Shown here piece after piece: positions 35,327 through 47,324 of a stretch of 64,000 nt of DNA. Within the stretch, counting starts at the first letter, position 1. Every line of letters begins with the position of its first letter. A program made the position numbers and the translations under genes. The DNA comes from Flectonema sp. DT1601 (lineage: Eukaryota): positions 496,001-560,000 of the forward strand of contig OZ025788.1 in NCBI GenBank assembly GCA_964019425.1. The letters run 5' to 3'. Under the pieces are notes generated by a model. The model made no database searches, was not told the DNA's origin, and saw only the letters and a list, made by a program, of their open reading frames with translations.

Positions 35327-36259
35327 ATGAAGTTTCTTATTGCACTCGCTTCGCTCTTTGCTGTGTCACAAGCAAGATGCCCAAGTCTGTTAGCTCCTGG
35401 TGAACACTTAAGAACTGTTAAGGTTGGTGGAGTGGAGAGAGAGTTTTACGTTCATGTTCCGGATAATCAATCAGGTAACCCACACCCATTGAGTATTATG
35501 TATCACGGGTGTGGAAGTTCTCCTGAGAAGTTTGAAATGGAAAGTCAGATGAACGGAGGAACAAACAAGTTTAATTATTACAACATTTACCCAAAGGGAA
35601 CCACTACTTCCACTAGTCTTGGATGGAATGCTGGCTTCTCAAAGTGTAGTACTGGAGGTCTTGTTAACGATGTTGACTTTACCAGAGCAGTACTTCTCTT
35701 CGCATTGGAAGAGCTTTGTGTTGATCAAACGAGAGTCTTCGGAGGAGGTTTCTCAAATGGAGGCTCTATGATCTTTAATGTTTCATGTGAGCTTCCTCAA
35801 TACTTTAGAGGTTTTGGATTTGTTGGTATGCTCCCACCGAGTGAGGCGTACCCACACTCCTGTAGTGTTGATGCTAAGCCGTTCTTTGGGTTTTGTGGAT
35901 CTCAGGACGGTATATGCGCAACTGGAATGGCAGGATGGTTTGCAAAATATGCAATTGAAGCGAACTGCAATGACCGTGCTAAGGAAATTGCCGAATCGAG
36001 TACAACAACCTGTTACAGTCACGACGACTGCAGAACTGGCCCAGTTCGATTCTGTGGGATTACAGGACTGGGTCACTGCTGGCCAGGTAATGACTGTTGC
36101 GACTCCCAGTGCAGCAACCAAAACCCTGCAAACATCGACACCAGCGCTGCTCTCTTACGATTCTGGGACTCTTTGCCGGCAGAGAGAAACACCCTTAGTA
36201 CCAACGCCATGATCCAAAGCCTGAAAAAAGACCTCGGGCTTAACTTAACTTCGCACTAG
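35327..36259 (+). CDS. Secreted alpha/beta-hydrolase, LpqC/PHB-depolymerase/CE1 feruloyl-esterase-like
   Basis: Signal peptide MKFLIALASLFAVSQA. REFYVHVP, YHGCGSS, YPKG..WNAG, DVDF, nucleophile elbow GFSNGG, GLGHCWPG. Confidence 0.88.
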   Translation: MKFLIALASLFAVSQARCPSLLAPGEHLRTVKVGGVEREFYVHVPDNQSGNPHPLSIMYHGCGSSPEKFEMESQMNGGTNKFNYYNIYPKGTTTSTSLGWNAGFSKCSTGGLVNDVDFTRAVLLFALEELCVDQTRVFGGGFSNGGSMIFNVSCELPQYFRGFGFVGMLPPSEAYPHSCSVDAKPFFGFCGSQDGICATGMAGWFAKYAIEANCNDRAKEIAESSTTTCYSHDDCRTGPVRFCGITGLGHCWPGNDCCDSQCSNQNPANIDTSAALLRFWDSLPAERNTLSTNAMIQSLKKDLGLNLTSH

Positions 36260-36611
36260 GTGCTATTATTTATTTTACTTGCCCCCCTTCCCTTTCCCCA
36301 AATTTGTTGTAAACTCAGCAACCGATAAAATTGAATACCACTGACGAATTTGCGTATTATAAGGTTCCTGTAGCCCCCGTGTGCTTGTTGTTAGTTGCCG
36401 ATAGTTGGTGTTGTAGTTTTTTTAGTAAACTTTCTTAAGTCTTTTTGCTGGACGTACGTATCTCGAGCTGACAAGTTATGTTTTGGTTATTATTGTATAT
36501 TTTATTATTTATTTCTCAAGTATTGGGTCAGCTTGATGTTTGCGGGTTTGAGTTTGACGATTTTTAGATCGGGTGAGTACTGCTAACACTTTTTTTATCC
36601 CAGCGCACGAG

Positions 36612-38426
36612 ATGGCCACGCCGTCAAAAACTGAAATGCGCAACAAGTCGTTGCAATGGTGCGAATATGACAAATTGGCAAGACACGACACGACAAGAAG
36701 AAGTGATATTATGTTATTGCAGAAGTTATCGTCGGATGCAACGAAAGAAGATCTCATGCGATTAGTATATCGTGAAGAGTGGAGAATGGAACAAGAAGTT
36801 GTTACATTCGGTAGAATAACAAAACAAGATTCTGCAACTCTATCGAGTGGCAGAGCAAGTGGGTGTGGACCATCGGGACAATTATTATTTCAAGAACGAC
36901 ATGAAGAACTTCGTAACTTAGAAGATGAAGAACACGGGATAATATACGGAATTTCTGATTCAGAACTAACAGACAACTATTACAACTGTGACACTAGTAT
37001 ACATTCATCTAATGTGTGGAAACCATTAGTTACTATAAAAGATGACAACATACGATCTATTCGATTAAAACTTTCAACATCTGTTGCAGAAAGAATTGGG
37101 AGATTCTCAACAGAATTACAAACATCTCTACGAGCAACTAGTCAACTAATAACTCTTTGTGAGAGAAGACGTAATCAATCAAGACCTGATAATAATAATT
37201 ACTGGGCTATCACAACAGATCCTTTCTTGTATTGCCTTACTAGAGTTATGCGTTTACGAGGAGGATGGTTGAGCTCTTTAGAACGATTCTTATCTGCGTC
37301 AGGTACTTCATTAGATTTAACAAAGTTTAAGAAAGCATCTATCACAATACAAAAAATCGAATCATATCGAAAGGCTTTTAACAAGAGAATTGTAAGTAAT
37401 GGAAATATTAGTCACCCTGCGAGATTGAGTGAAAGTCCTAAAACTGTTTTACCATCTGTACCAGCAGCCTCAAGTAATACATTACCTAGGACTGTTACTC
37501 CGGGATTGGAATTGCCTGATATTCCTCAAAAATCTGATCCAATTCCGATAATTGAAAATAAATTAGCATCTCAAAATTCGATTCCAAAATCAATACCAAA
37601 CACATCACTCTCTCCTCAGATAGCAGCTTTCCGATTGCAACGATGGTGGAGACGAACTTCCTATTGGAATTCAACAGTATTACAATTTGTTAAGAAGACT
37701 CTCATGAATTCCCAAGTCGAAGTTTCAGCATATCTTCTATATTTAAAATCGGTTACATCACATGTTATAGATGCTTCTATTACCTCAAAGGCAGCTGTAA
37801 TTATACAGCGACATGTTAGGGGATACCTACATGGAAGGCTCTTAGCACGAAGACGTCTCCGAGCTGTAGTTATATTTCAAAAGAGTTTTAGAGGTCAACT
37901 GGCAAGGAAAAGAATTTCGATTATAAAAATGGTGAGAGATGTGCAAGTCAGAAAAGAAGGATTTGATCTACTCAAAGAATACATTGATGATGATGTAAAG
38001 GAAGTGAATATCGTAAAAGAGTACGTGGAGACAATTCTAAATATCTCTGCTGAAATAAAACGCGTTGAAACAACTCTCAAAGAAGAAGATCACGCCTTCC
38101 GATCTCAGTGGAATACGTGGGAGTCTAACATGACTGAGCATTGCCTTAATAATGTTCCCCTTGATACTGATTGGGTACCTCAAACCCTTCCTTCAGGACA
38201 AAATCAATTCTTAAATGTTAAAACTAAGCGCACGACAACGCAACACCCAAATTTAAAACTTGCTGAGATTCACAGAAAAAGGCAATGGATAAAGGTGGGA
38301 CGCGTGAGAGACGAAAAGAAAGCCAGTTTTGAAGCATACGGTGCAAAATTACAGTCCGTACTCGAAAGACGAAAACAAGAACTTGAAAATGATATCGCTG
38401 CATTGCGAGACGGAGAAGTATCATAG
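36612..38426 (+). CDS. IQ calmodulin-binding motif protein with coiled coil and WW-like segment
   Basis: RLQRWWR, IIQRHVRGYLHGR, IFQKSFRGQLARKR. WW-like DWVPQTLPSGQNQFLNVKTKRTTTQHP. First ATG at 36612. Confidence 0.75.
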   Translation: MATPSKTEMRNKSLQWCEYDKLARHDTTRRSDIMLLQKLSSDATKEDLMRLVYREEWRMEQEVVTFGRITKQDSATLSSGRASGCGPSGQLLFQERHEELRNLEDEEHGIIYGISDSELTDNYYNCDTSIHSSNVWKPLVTIKDDNIRSIRLKLSTSVAERIGRFSTELQTSLRATSQLITLCERRRNQSRPDNNNYWAITTDPFLYCLTRVMRLRGGWLSSLERFLSASGTSLDLTKFKKASITIQKIESYRKAFNKRIVSNGNISHPARLSESPKTVLPSVPAASSNTLPRTVTPGLELPDIPQKSDPIPIIENKLASQNSIPKSIPNTSLSPQIAAFRLQRWWRRTSYWNSTVLQFVKKTLMNSQVEVSAYLLYLKSVTSHVIDASITSKAAVIIQRHVRGYLHGRLLARRRLRAVVIFQKSFRGQLARKRISIIKMVRDVQVRKEGFDLLKEYIDDDVKEVNIVKEYVETILNISAEIKRVETTLKEEDHAFRSQWNTWESNMTEHCLNNVPLDTDWVPQTLPSGQNQFLNVKTKRTTTQHPNLKLAEIHRKRQWIKVGRVRDEKKASFEAYGAKLQSVLERRKQELENDIAALRDGEVS

Positions 38427-38851
38427 AAACCTCCATTTTCTTTATTGAGAAGTGACCTCCCGACATGACAGATTCGTTGTACTATTATTGCACTGGGTAT
38501 ACCCAAGGAACATTACACAATTTACTTAATTACTTTGGAAGTATTCTCCGCATTATTTGCTGTCTTCTTCTTCGCAAGAAAATTAACACCCCAGTAGTAA
38601 GCATAATTTAGATTAATTCCCTACTCTTGGTGTGCGAATAGCGCACTAGATTACTGTTTTGGAGATTCGTTGCGTCTGTTTTGTTTTTTCCGAATATTTC
38701 AGGCTGTTGGGTTAACGGGATGATGGTGTTGTTATTTGTTTTATTCTTATGTAGGAAATATTACAAACATGATGAGCCTTTTGTTGTTATATTTTTAACT
38801 ACTAAATTACTTTTGTTCACTCACTCACATTAGAGCTGTAAACCTATCAAC

Positions 38852-39546
38852 ATGCCAACTTCAAAACTTGAAACTGCTGCAGATCTTGTTTCATTCATTC
38901 GAGGTTCAAGAGGAAGGCCTGTAAAAGCATCAACAGGAAGACCAGCTTTCAACAAACCTGGAAACACAGCTGCTATTCCTTTAACCATTGCGTATGTCTT
39001 ACGGTTTATTATCTTTTTAAGAAACATTCCATTGGAGTCAATCAAAACACTCAAAACAGAACATTAAAAAAGAAGAACAGAGACGATGCTGTAACCAACA
39101 AAGATGATTATTACATCTCAAGAGCAGACCCAATATATAAAACAGCTGTTGGAGAGTCTGTTGAATGTGGTACCGGTCCAAGAGGTGGATACGGACCAGT
39201 TAGAAGAAGTGGTTCTCGAGGTGCTCCAACTTCACCGAAGAGCGGAGCACCGAGAAGTCCATCAAATGTGAGCAGAACAGGAAGTAGGACTGGAAGAAGT
39301 AGATCAAATAAAACAAACACTCAATCAAAACGTCGTTCTGGATCAATGACAAGTGAGTGTTCAGTTCGCAGTAGTGTTTCTAGAGCAAGTGCACGTGTTG
39401 CTTCTTTAGCTCAGCCTAAAGCTAGGGCTAGACCAATTGGTGTAGCCCCAACGATGGTATCAAAATTAGATTCTAGAAAGAAGAAGGGTCTCGGAACAGG
39501 AATCTCATCCGCTGCTATCCGCGCAGCAACAGCCGGTTACCACTAA
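38852..39546 (+). CDS. Basic Ser/Arg-rich protein of unknown function (208 aa), join(38852..38991,39060..39546)
   Basis: An intron joins ORF 38852 to the frame of ORF 39268..39546 with no stops. Confidence 0.72.
38992..39059 (+). other. Spliceosomal intron (68 nt)
   Basis: GTATGT...aaaacactcaaaacAG, phase 2. Confidence 0.8.
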
Positions 39547-39971
39547 GCATACGTACACTCTCTTAGATTGCATACCTATTTTAGACATCAATTTCCTACA
39601 CGAATAGCTTACTGTTAAGACATCATCCGATGATTGTTCATTTTATTTAGAGAATGGTGTTTTTATTTTTCATAATTTTTATTGTTTTTTTTTTCATTTC
39701 TCCCCAATAGTTCTTCTCCCTTTTGAGGCGTTTTTTTTTTTGGCACAATCCGATGTACCGTATGACGTCGACGAGAGAAAAGAAAAAAAAAAAGAGAACC
39801 TTTCGGAGCTGGTGTTTTCCTTTGATTGTTATGTTTTCTTTTCCCCCCTCAAATTTTTGTTACATTCCTTTTTCTGCCTTTGTAATATTGTAATTATTAG
39901 GTCATGCGTAGCTTATATAAAATCAACTTTACTTATCGAACAGTCTAATCTGCGAGAAACACACAAAAATA

Positions 39972-42459
39972 ATGTCTGAAGAAGAACCAAAGAAGGAAGA
40001 AGGAGGAAAGAAAGACGAAAAGAAGGAAGATGGAAACAGAATCAACGTGTTCGCTAGACTGAGGCCAACGAATGTAAGAGATAGAGCAGAAGTTGCTTGG
40101 GTAGAACCTGGTATTGTTGTATTACATCCTGATAGAAAGGGAATTACATTAACTGGCGCTAAGAAAGATTACGACTACGACGGTACTTTCGGTGTTGATT
40201 CAAACAACAAACAAATTTGGGAAAAAGTTGGTCGTCCGATTGTTGAAAACGTTTTCAAAGGATACTCCGGGTCTATCATGGCTTACGGACAAACAGGTAC
40301 TGGAAAGTCATTTACAATGTCGAGTATGCATTCTGGATGTGAAGGAGTTATTTTGCAAAATATGCAATACATCTTCGGTAGAATGGCTGAAGACCAAGAC
40401 AGACAATACGATTGTACTTTTAGTTATCTTCAAATCTATCTCGATAAGGTAAACGATTTAATGGATGCCTCATCAATGGAAAAAAAGAAGTACCTGGACA
40501 TCACTTCTAAAGACAACGAAGTAGCAATTCCTGGTCTCATCATGGAGCCTTGCAATGACGCTGAGACTTTCGAACGTTTATACACAGATGGTGATACTAG
40601 AAGAACTGTCGCAGCTACTGCAATGAACCCTGAGAGTAGTAGAGGTCACGCATGTGTTATGATTGCAATTAAAAGTATTCCAAAAGGAGACGATGGAAGT
40701 GGTGAAACAAGAACTGCAAAATTCTGGATGATCGATTTAGCAGGATACGAGAACTTCGAACAAACTAAATGTGTTGGTAAGCAACGTGAAGAAGCAAAGT
40801 GTATCAACGGTTCTCTTATGGCTCTCGGAGGAGTCGTCAGTGCTTTATCTCAGAAACAAACTCATATTCCTTGGAGAAATAGTAAATTGACACGTCTGTT
40901 ATCAGATGCTATTGGTGGTAAATCAAAGTCAACTATTTGTATTACTCTCGGGCCTTCACCTACTCACTTCAGCAGTACCAAGGTCACTCTTGATTTCGGT
41001 GCCCGTGCCATGGCAGTCAAGGTCAAAGCCGACATCAAGGGAAGTATGAACTTCCAGGCTCTCTGTAAAAAGCTTCAAGCTCAGCTTGCTGAAGAAATTG
41101 ATAAGGTCTTCGCTGGTTTAGAGAGAGAAACCGTCCTCGAAGAAGAAATCGAGAGAATAAAGGGTAAGCACGAAAAGCAACTTAAGCAGCTTCTTGCTGG
41201 TGGAGCTGACCCATCAGCCATCGAATCGATGCTTGCAGAGAACAAGGCTGAACCTAAAGTAGACATGAGCGTATGTGACGAATCTTAATTGTTGTAAGAG
41301 GAACAGATTTTGCTAATGTTTTAAGAAACTGCAGCTTACACTTTTATTTTAAAAACAAAACAACTAATAACCAACAGGGTCGATCTGCACCAGGAAAGGT
41401 CTCTACCGGAGAGAGTGATGACGAAGGAGAAGGTGGTGCAGGCGGTGGTGGAGGTGGTGGTGGTGGTGGCGAGGAAGCTGGTGAAGCTGCCGAAGGTGCT
41501 GATGGAGGAGAGGCTGGTGAATCAGCAGAACCTGATGCTGCACCTGCTGAGGGTGGCGGCGGCGGCGGCGGTGGAGGCGGCGGTGCCAAGGTCTCATCTG
41601 CTGAACTCGACAAATTGAGAGAAGAACGCGACAAAGAGGTATGTTAACCAACACTTTACTTTGATAAGATTTCATTATTTTGTACAATTCAAAACAATCA
41701 ATTCAGGTCGCCGAACTAAAGCAAAAGATCGAAGAGGAGATGGAAAAACTAAAAGACAAAGAAGGCGAATGTGAAAAGCTTGGACAATACATCACAACGC
41801 AGAAGGAAGAATTCACAACAGAACAGCTAAGACTAAAGGAAGAACAAGCTTTAAACAGCGGGGTATCAAAGGATGGCCTCGAACAATTAAAGGTTGAATA
41901 CGACAAGCAAGTAACAAGTATCAGAACCATGATGGAAACAACACACGAAGCAAGAATGGTGGAAATTCAAGAAGAGAGTAAGAAGGAAATCGCTACTCTC
42001 AAAGGCAAACTTCAGGATAATCAAAGTGTTGCCAATGACGAGTATGAAACCATGAAGGACTCTTTGAATAGCAAAATGGAGGTGGAAATTTCAAAAATTA
42101 AAGCGAAGGCAGCCGATGTTCAGGAGAAATTAAAGCGCAACCACAACGTTATTAAGAACTCTTACCAAGAACAAAAAGATAAGTTGAAAAAAGAGATTGA
42201 AAAGTTGAAGGAGTCGCACGGACAGGAGAACGACCACATAGCAGAAAAGGGAGGAGAATCACTGAGAAACTTAACTGAGCAGCATCACGCTATTAAGAAG
42301 AACTACCAAGATCAAATCGCTAAATTAAAATCAGAAAATGAATCTCTGAAATCAGGTCTTTCTAACGGAGTATCCAACGGACATTCTAACGGAATTTCTC
42401 ATGCAGATCCGACCCCTAACGGAGTCGCTCCTGTTGATGATATTGCTGATGATGAGTAG
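39972..42459 (+). CDS. Kinesin motor protein with coiled-coil tail, join(39972..41270,41378..41638,41707..42459)
   Basis: RINVFARLRP, P-loop YGQTGTGKS, NPESSRGH, DLAGYE, HIPWRNSKLTRLL. Two phase-0 introns link a poly-Gly/acidic exon and the coiled-coil exon. Confidence 0.92.
41271..41377 (+). other. Spliceosomal intron (107 nt)
   Basis: GTATGT...aaacaaaacaactaataaccaacAG, phase 0. Confidence 0.87.
41639..41706 (+). other. Spliceosomal intron (68 nt)
   Basis: GTATGT...caaaacaatcaattcAG, phase 0. Confidence 0.87.
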
Positions 42460-43384
42460 GCTGCGTTGTTGTCCGTTCCTCGTTCTGTTCATGTACCGTT
42501 TATTTCCTTTTTTTTCTCCGAAAATGATAGTGAGTTTTTCTTGTTCTTAAAAAGCAGTCTTTCACAGCCCTGTAACAGTAAACAAGTTGTGTATCATTCA
42601 AGTAAAGTCGTTTTTTATTTTTTATTTTCCATAATATTTAAAAATATTATGATATGTTTTTTATTATTGCTCGTATTCCCCATTTAGTGAAAACGATTCT
42701 AATGATGGGCGACTGTTCACCACATGCTTGTTTGGCACAGCATGTAAAAAGAACACGTATAAAATTATTATTTTTATTATAAAATAATATATTCTGTGAC
42801 TGCTACTATGAGTTGTGTACGGAGAAGAAAAAACTGTTCAGATTAAGAAGCTCATTAATACTGTCTGCAATCAAAACATAATATAAAGCTGTATCTGAAT
42901 AGTTTTTTTTTTTTTTTTTTTTAAGATTTCTTTTTTATTCCCTTTATCAGAACTTATCTATTTGGAGTTATGATTATGTGTATAGAAAAGTAACAATCAG
43001 GTGATAAGTTGGTCACTTTGCGGTATATAAGTTCGGAGCACGTGTATTTTTAGTATCGGAAGTGAATGTGCAGATAATCAAATCCGTCTTTGTGCTGTAC
43101 TTTTTAACATCCTTTTTTTTTTTTTTATTATCAAAGCACCTTCTTCCTTAGTCTCAAAGAGTAATTCAGTTATCTTTTTTGTGCTCGCAGTAACCTTTGA
43201 AATCACTAGTACTCTTTAGTTTATGATGACAACTGTCATCTTTACGCTTTATTATTTATGCAGTAGTTGGCTAGGTATATTTTTCACTTTGGATGTCGTT
43301 TTGTTGCTTGTTATATAAGCTGACAGTGCTGGTTGGTTTTCAAATTAAAATAAAATTGAAACAAGTAATGGTACCAACACGCAG

Positions 43385-43416
<32 letters not shown>

Positions 43417-44210
43417 AATGAGAAAAAAAGTTCAACGAAAAAAAAAAAAAGAAACAAATAAAAATCTCTGTCACAATACAATACCTACGGGGGGGGGAAA
43501 AAATAATAATAATTTGAAAACAAAAAAGGGGAGGAGAATTTCTCAGAAATAGAAAAAATATATAGGGGGAAAACAGGAAAAAATATTGAACCAGTACCAG
43601 TCACTGCGCTCAGAGAGCTCCTGATTAGTGATTAATTGATCTAAGCTACTACTGTGTTTCCCCTCCTTTTTCCCCCCCCCTCCCCGTTTTCCATTTCTTT
43701 TGTTGTTCCTTTCTTTCTCTCTTCTCGTTCCCCAATTTTTTTTAATTTTTTTATTTTTGAGCATTTATTCTCCATCCCATTGGATAAAAGAAGAACCAAG
43801 GTTTGCGCAACAGGGCATTTACCTATGTCTTGGTAGGCAACAATGTGGCCTTGCAGGTGGTTACGGGATCAGGATCGCACGAGTCTTGGTACTTTCTGCA
43901 TAAAGAAAAAGAGAAAAAAGAAGAAATAAAAGAATAAAACCAACCCCACTACCCAACCATTTCCCCTTTAGCTGCACTTAGCTGTGACTGCCGTTTGTAG
44001 AAGCTTGTTGAGGAACTAATTGGTACGGATTGTTTTTTTTTTTCTCTTTTAGGTTACAATAAATACTTCAAGGGATAATTGGTACTAGAGGCTAAGACGA
44101 ATCAAAGATCCCAAGGGTTGCAAGAAGTACCTTACGACTTGTTAAAAGTTCCTTTAAAGAATAATCGTTTATTTTATTAGTTACGTCTTTTTTGACAGCC
44201 AGATCAAAAC

Positions 44211-47200
44211 ATGTCTGGCGAGGAACCCCCTGAAGCGACTAGGGATACAAAAGAGAAGAAAGAAAAAAAGGAGCGAAAGAAGGAGAAAAAAGAACATAAG
44301 AAGAAAAAAAAACGAGACTCGGAAGCCAACGGGGGATCAGCAAAGAAAGAGAAAAGGAAGAAGAAGAGAGAAGAAGCAGCTGAGCATGTTAGTGAAGGGA
44401 GTTTTGTTGTTTTTGAAGATAGAGATAATGAACAGCCTTCAGTATTACAACAGATTCCAACATCAGATCAAATTGATGAACCTCAACCAACAACAGTTGT
44501 TACAATTCGCTGTATTGAAAACCTTGTTCCGGATCCCTTTGTTGTAAGTCCCGTTGTAAGGTTTTGGTTAGTTGATGGTCTCACTGGTTTAGAAATCTGT
44601 TCTTTATCACCAAATGATCCTCCTCCTGAAGAACCTTCAGCATGCAGAGGTTACTACACTTATCCTTATAATTTAAGAGAGTCAAAGGATTTAACTCCAC
44701 GTTGGGAAACATCAATAGATCTTAAATATAACCTTAGAGAGGTGTTGAGTGTTTACCCAGATGCTATGTTACTCTTCGATATCATTGATTGTTCAAAAAC
44801 ATCAGTTCAGAGACAGCCGTTTCATCGTCGCAACTACGGAGTTACTTATGGAAGGTCATTTCATCCAATTTGTTGGGCGTTTTTAAAGCTTCAAGGTGTC
44901 TCTGGTATTGGTAGAGTCAGTGGTAAGCACAGATTACAATTGTATAGAGCTCCGCAACGGAGATCACTTTTCAGGAAATGCTTGTTAACGTTGTGGCCTA
45001 CAATGGCTTATCCAAATAGTGCTGTTGCTGTTTCGAGTAAGGCTGCTCCGGAATTGAGACCAGACACCCATCCGCTATATTTGACATATTTATTTACACA
45101 GAACAGGTTAGATAAATATCCTTCAAGTCTTAATATCGCTATTTCTGAAGATACGAATATCGATCCGTACTCGAATGCCTTCTCACCTCCAGTATCAGAT
45201 GCCTTAAGAACATTGCTATCAGACTGTAGAAAAGCACTTCAAATATCATCAGGACATGGAAAGCAATCAGCTAGTGATGTTTTACTTCTTGATGATGGAG
45301 ACGAAAGAGATCATCATGCGGAGCTTACTGATGAGCCAATTGAGTTTACTGACTGTTCTCGTCTTCGTAATGAACAGTGTCAAATACCTGTGAACTTACA
45401 AGCGTCTCTTTCGGGAGGAAAGAAAGGATGTCTCGCAATGGCTTTCTCACCAGATGGAAGTTATTTAGCAGTAGCAGCTTGTGAAGACTGCGATCGCGTA
45501 GTAATCCGAGTTCATGATGCGAAGTATTGCGGTACTGAAAATTCTCCATCAGCAAGATTGACATGTCCGGAGGTAGCTCAATTCACAGGTCACACAGACA
45601 CTGTGTACACACTGTTGTGGTCTCCAGATGGTAATTATATTCTAACATGTGCTGCTGATTGTACTGCAAAACTGTGGCCCTTCAGCAGATGTTGCGATTT
45701 CAATTGGGGCAACTACGACACACTCGAAATACTCTCAAAAGCTATTCGTACTAAATCTATGTCAAAGACAGCACAGGCGGAGTATACCTTTATTCATCCT
45801 TGTTATGTTTATACTGCTGTTTATCATCCACTTGGTGAGGTTGTAATAACTGGAGGCTTCGACGACACCATTAGGTGTTGGAGTACGGTAACTGGAAAAC
45901 TAACAAAATCAATCCCAAAAGCTGTTCCGAGATCGTGGATATCACACTTGGCTATGACGAATGACGGCTCTATGCTATTCTCAGCTGATGGAGGTGGTGA
46001 ATTAAAAATGTGGACGGTCTCTGGAATGTCAAGAACTGAAAAGATTCCAAAAATTGACAACTGGGCTGCCTTATCAGATTTTAAAGGAAAAGGAATAACT
46101 CATCTGAGCGCAAACACATCAGCGAAACATTTATACGTCTGGACTCGCGTAGACAGTTGTATCACGTGTATAAACACATCTACCTACAGTAGGAATTCTC
46201 AAGTAAGACAATTTAGAGGACCTCGATTCGATGATTGTTCCATAAAAGGATGTCTATCACCATGTGGTAGTGTTCTAAGTTCTGGTTCAGGTTCTGGAAC
46301 AATCTACTTCTGGGAAACACAAACTGGTGAGTTCTTTGCTGATCACGACTCTGGTGGACTTGATTTCGAGCATTCTGGACCCACATATTGTACTGCTTGG
46401 TCACCTACGGATCATAGAATGGCATTTGCAACTTACGGCTGTACTCATAATTTAATAACCGTTTGGTACCGACAACGACAAGAAGAAAATATTCAAATCG
46501 TATTAGCCCAACGAGAACACAACGTGCCTCCAACTCTAACCACCAGACCTGCTGTGACTCCGATTGTCCGTAAGGATAATATTCTTCTTCCTCCTTCGAA
46601 AATAACTCTTGGTGCTCATACTCATAATTTCGATAATTCGACGAAAGCAAAACTTCTGATTGCTGATGACGAAGACCCTCCAAAGAAAGTTAAAGAAGAC
46701 CCAAACATTGCTCAGATTATAGCAAAATGGACTCAGAAACACACAACACACTCACAAAGATTATTAGTACCAGGTACTTCTATTGAAGTATCTGATGGAA
46801 GTGAAGTACGACATGGTAACGTAACAGGATGGACTAATGAAGGACTTTGTTGTGTTGAGTATTCTGACTTTAGAGGAGGGATTGCAACAGTTAACCCAAT
46901 CCATGTAAAAAGACTTCGAACTGACATTGCTGAAGACACTTGGGCGAATACAATGGGACAATCAACTCTTGGAGGAGGTAGATTCTCTCTCCATCATAAA
47001 GAATCAATCTCATTCACTGAAGCAATAGACTGGGTTGGTGCTAATCCAATTCAAACACCAGGAGCTATTCAACCAGAAGGTATCTTTACTAGAACTCCAC
47101 GTAAATCATCATCTGCTTGGGGCGACTCTCTTCCAAGTGCCGACAGCACGCCTACTAAAAAACAGAAGAAGGAGCTCAAGGTTAAGAAGGAAAAATCGAG

Positions 47201-47324
47201 CAAAAAAGACAAAAAGTCGAAAAGTCAGAAATCTGACAAGAAGGAAAAAAAACCAAAAAAATCGAAAAAAGAATCAAAGGTACAAGTTGAAGAAGATACG
47301 ACAATAGAGGCAACTGATGCCTGA
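44211..47324 (+). CDS. AHI1: Jouberin/AHI1-like ciliary transition-zone protein (C2-like domain plus WD40 repeats)
   Basis: PVVRFWLVDGLTG, PRWE, LLFDIID, CWAFLKL...RLQLY, YPSSL as in AHI1. WD40s: GHTDTVYTLLWSPDG, HPCYVYTAVYHP, TGGFDDTIRCW. Lys-rich termini. Confidence 0.82.
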   Translation: MSGEEPPEATRDTKEKKEKKERKKEKKEHKKKKKRDSEANGGSAKKEKRKKKREEAAEHVSEGSFVVFEDRDNEQPSVLQQIPTSDQIDEPQPTTVVTIRCIENLVPDPFVVSPVVRFWLVDGLTGLEICSLSPNDPPPEEPSACRGYYTYPYNLRESKDLTPRWETSIDLKYNLREVLSVYPDAMLLFDIIDCSKTSVQRQPFHRRNYGVTYGRSFHPICWAFLKLQGVSGIGRVSGKHRLQLYRAPQRRSLFRKCLLTLWPTMAYPNSAVAVSSKAAPELRPDTHPLYLTYLFTQNRLDKYPSSLNIAISEDTNIDPYSNAFSPPVSDALRTLLSDCRKALQISSGHGKQSASDVLLLDDGDERDHHAELTDEPIEFTDCSRLRNEQCQIPVNLQASLSGGKKGCLAMAFSPDGSYLAVAACEDCDRVVIRVHDAKYCGTENSPSARLTCPEVAQFTGHTDTVYTLLWSPDGNYILTCAADCTAKLWPFSRCCDFNWGNYDTLEILSKAIRTKSMSKTAQAEYTFIHPCYVYTAVYHPLGEVVITGGFDDTIRCWSTVTGKLTKSIPKAVPRSWISHLAMTNDGSMLFSADGGGELKMWTVSGMSRTEKIPKIDNWAALSDFKGKGITHLSANTSAKHLYVWTRVDSCITCINTSTYSRNSQVRQFRGPRFDDCSIKGCLSPCGSVLSSGSGSGTIYFWETQTGEFFADHDSGGLDFEHSGPTYCTAWSPTDHRMAFATYGCTHNLITVWYRQRQEENIQIVLAQREHNVPPTLTTRPAVTPIVRKDNILLPPSKITLGAHTHNFDNSTKAKLLIADDEDPPKKVKEDPNIAQIIAKWTQKHTTHSQRLLVPGTSIEVSDGSEVRHGNVTGWTNEGLCCVEYSDFRGGIATVNPIHVKRLRTDIAEDTWANTMGQSTLGGGRFSLHHKESISFTEAIDWVGANPIQTPGAIQPEGIFTRTPRKSSSAWGDSLPSADSTPTKKQKKELKVKKEKSSKKDKKSKSQKSDKKEKKPKKSKKESKVQVEEDTTIEATDA

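Noticed and set aside
41344..41687. Minus-strand poly-Pro and poly-His ORFs
   Set aside because: Antisense shadows of the kinesin poly-Gly exon.
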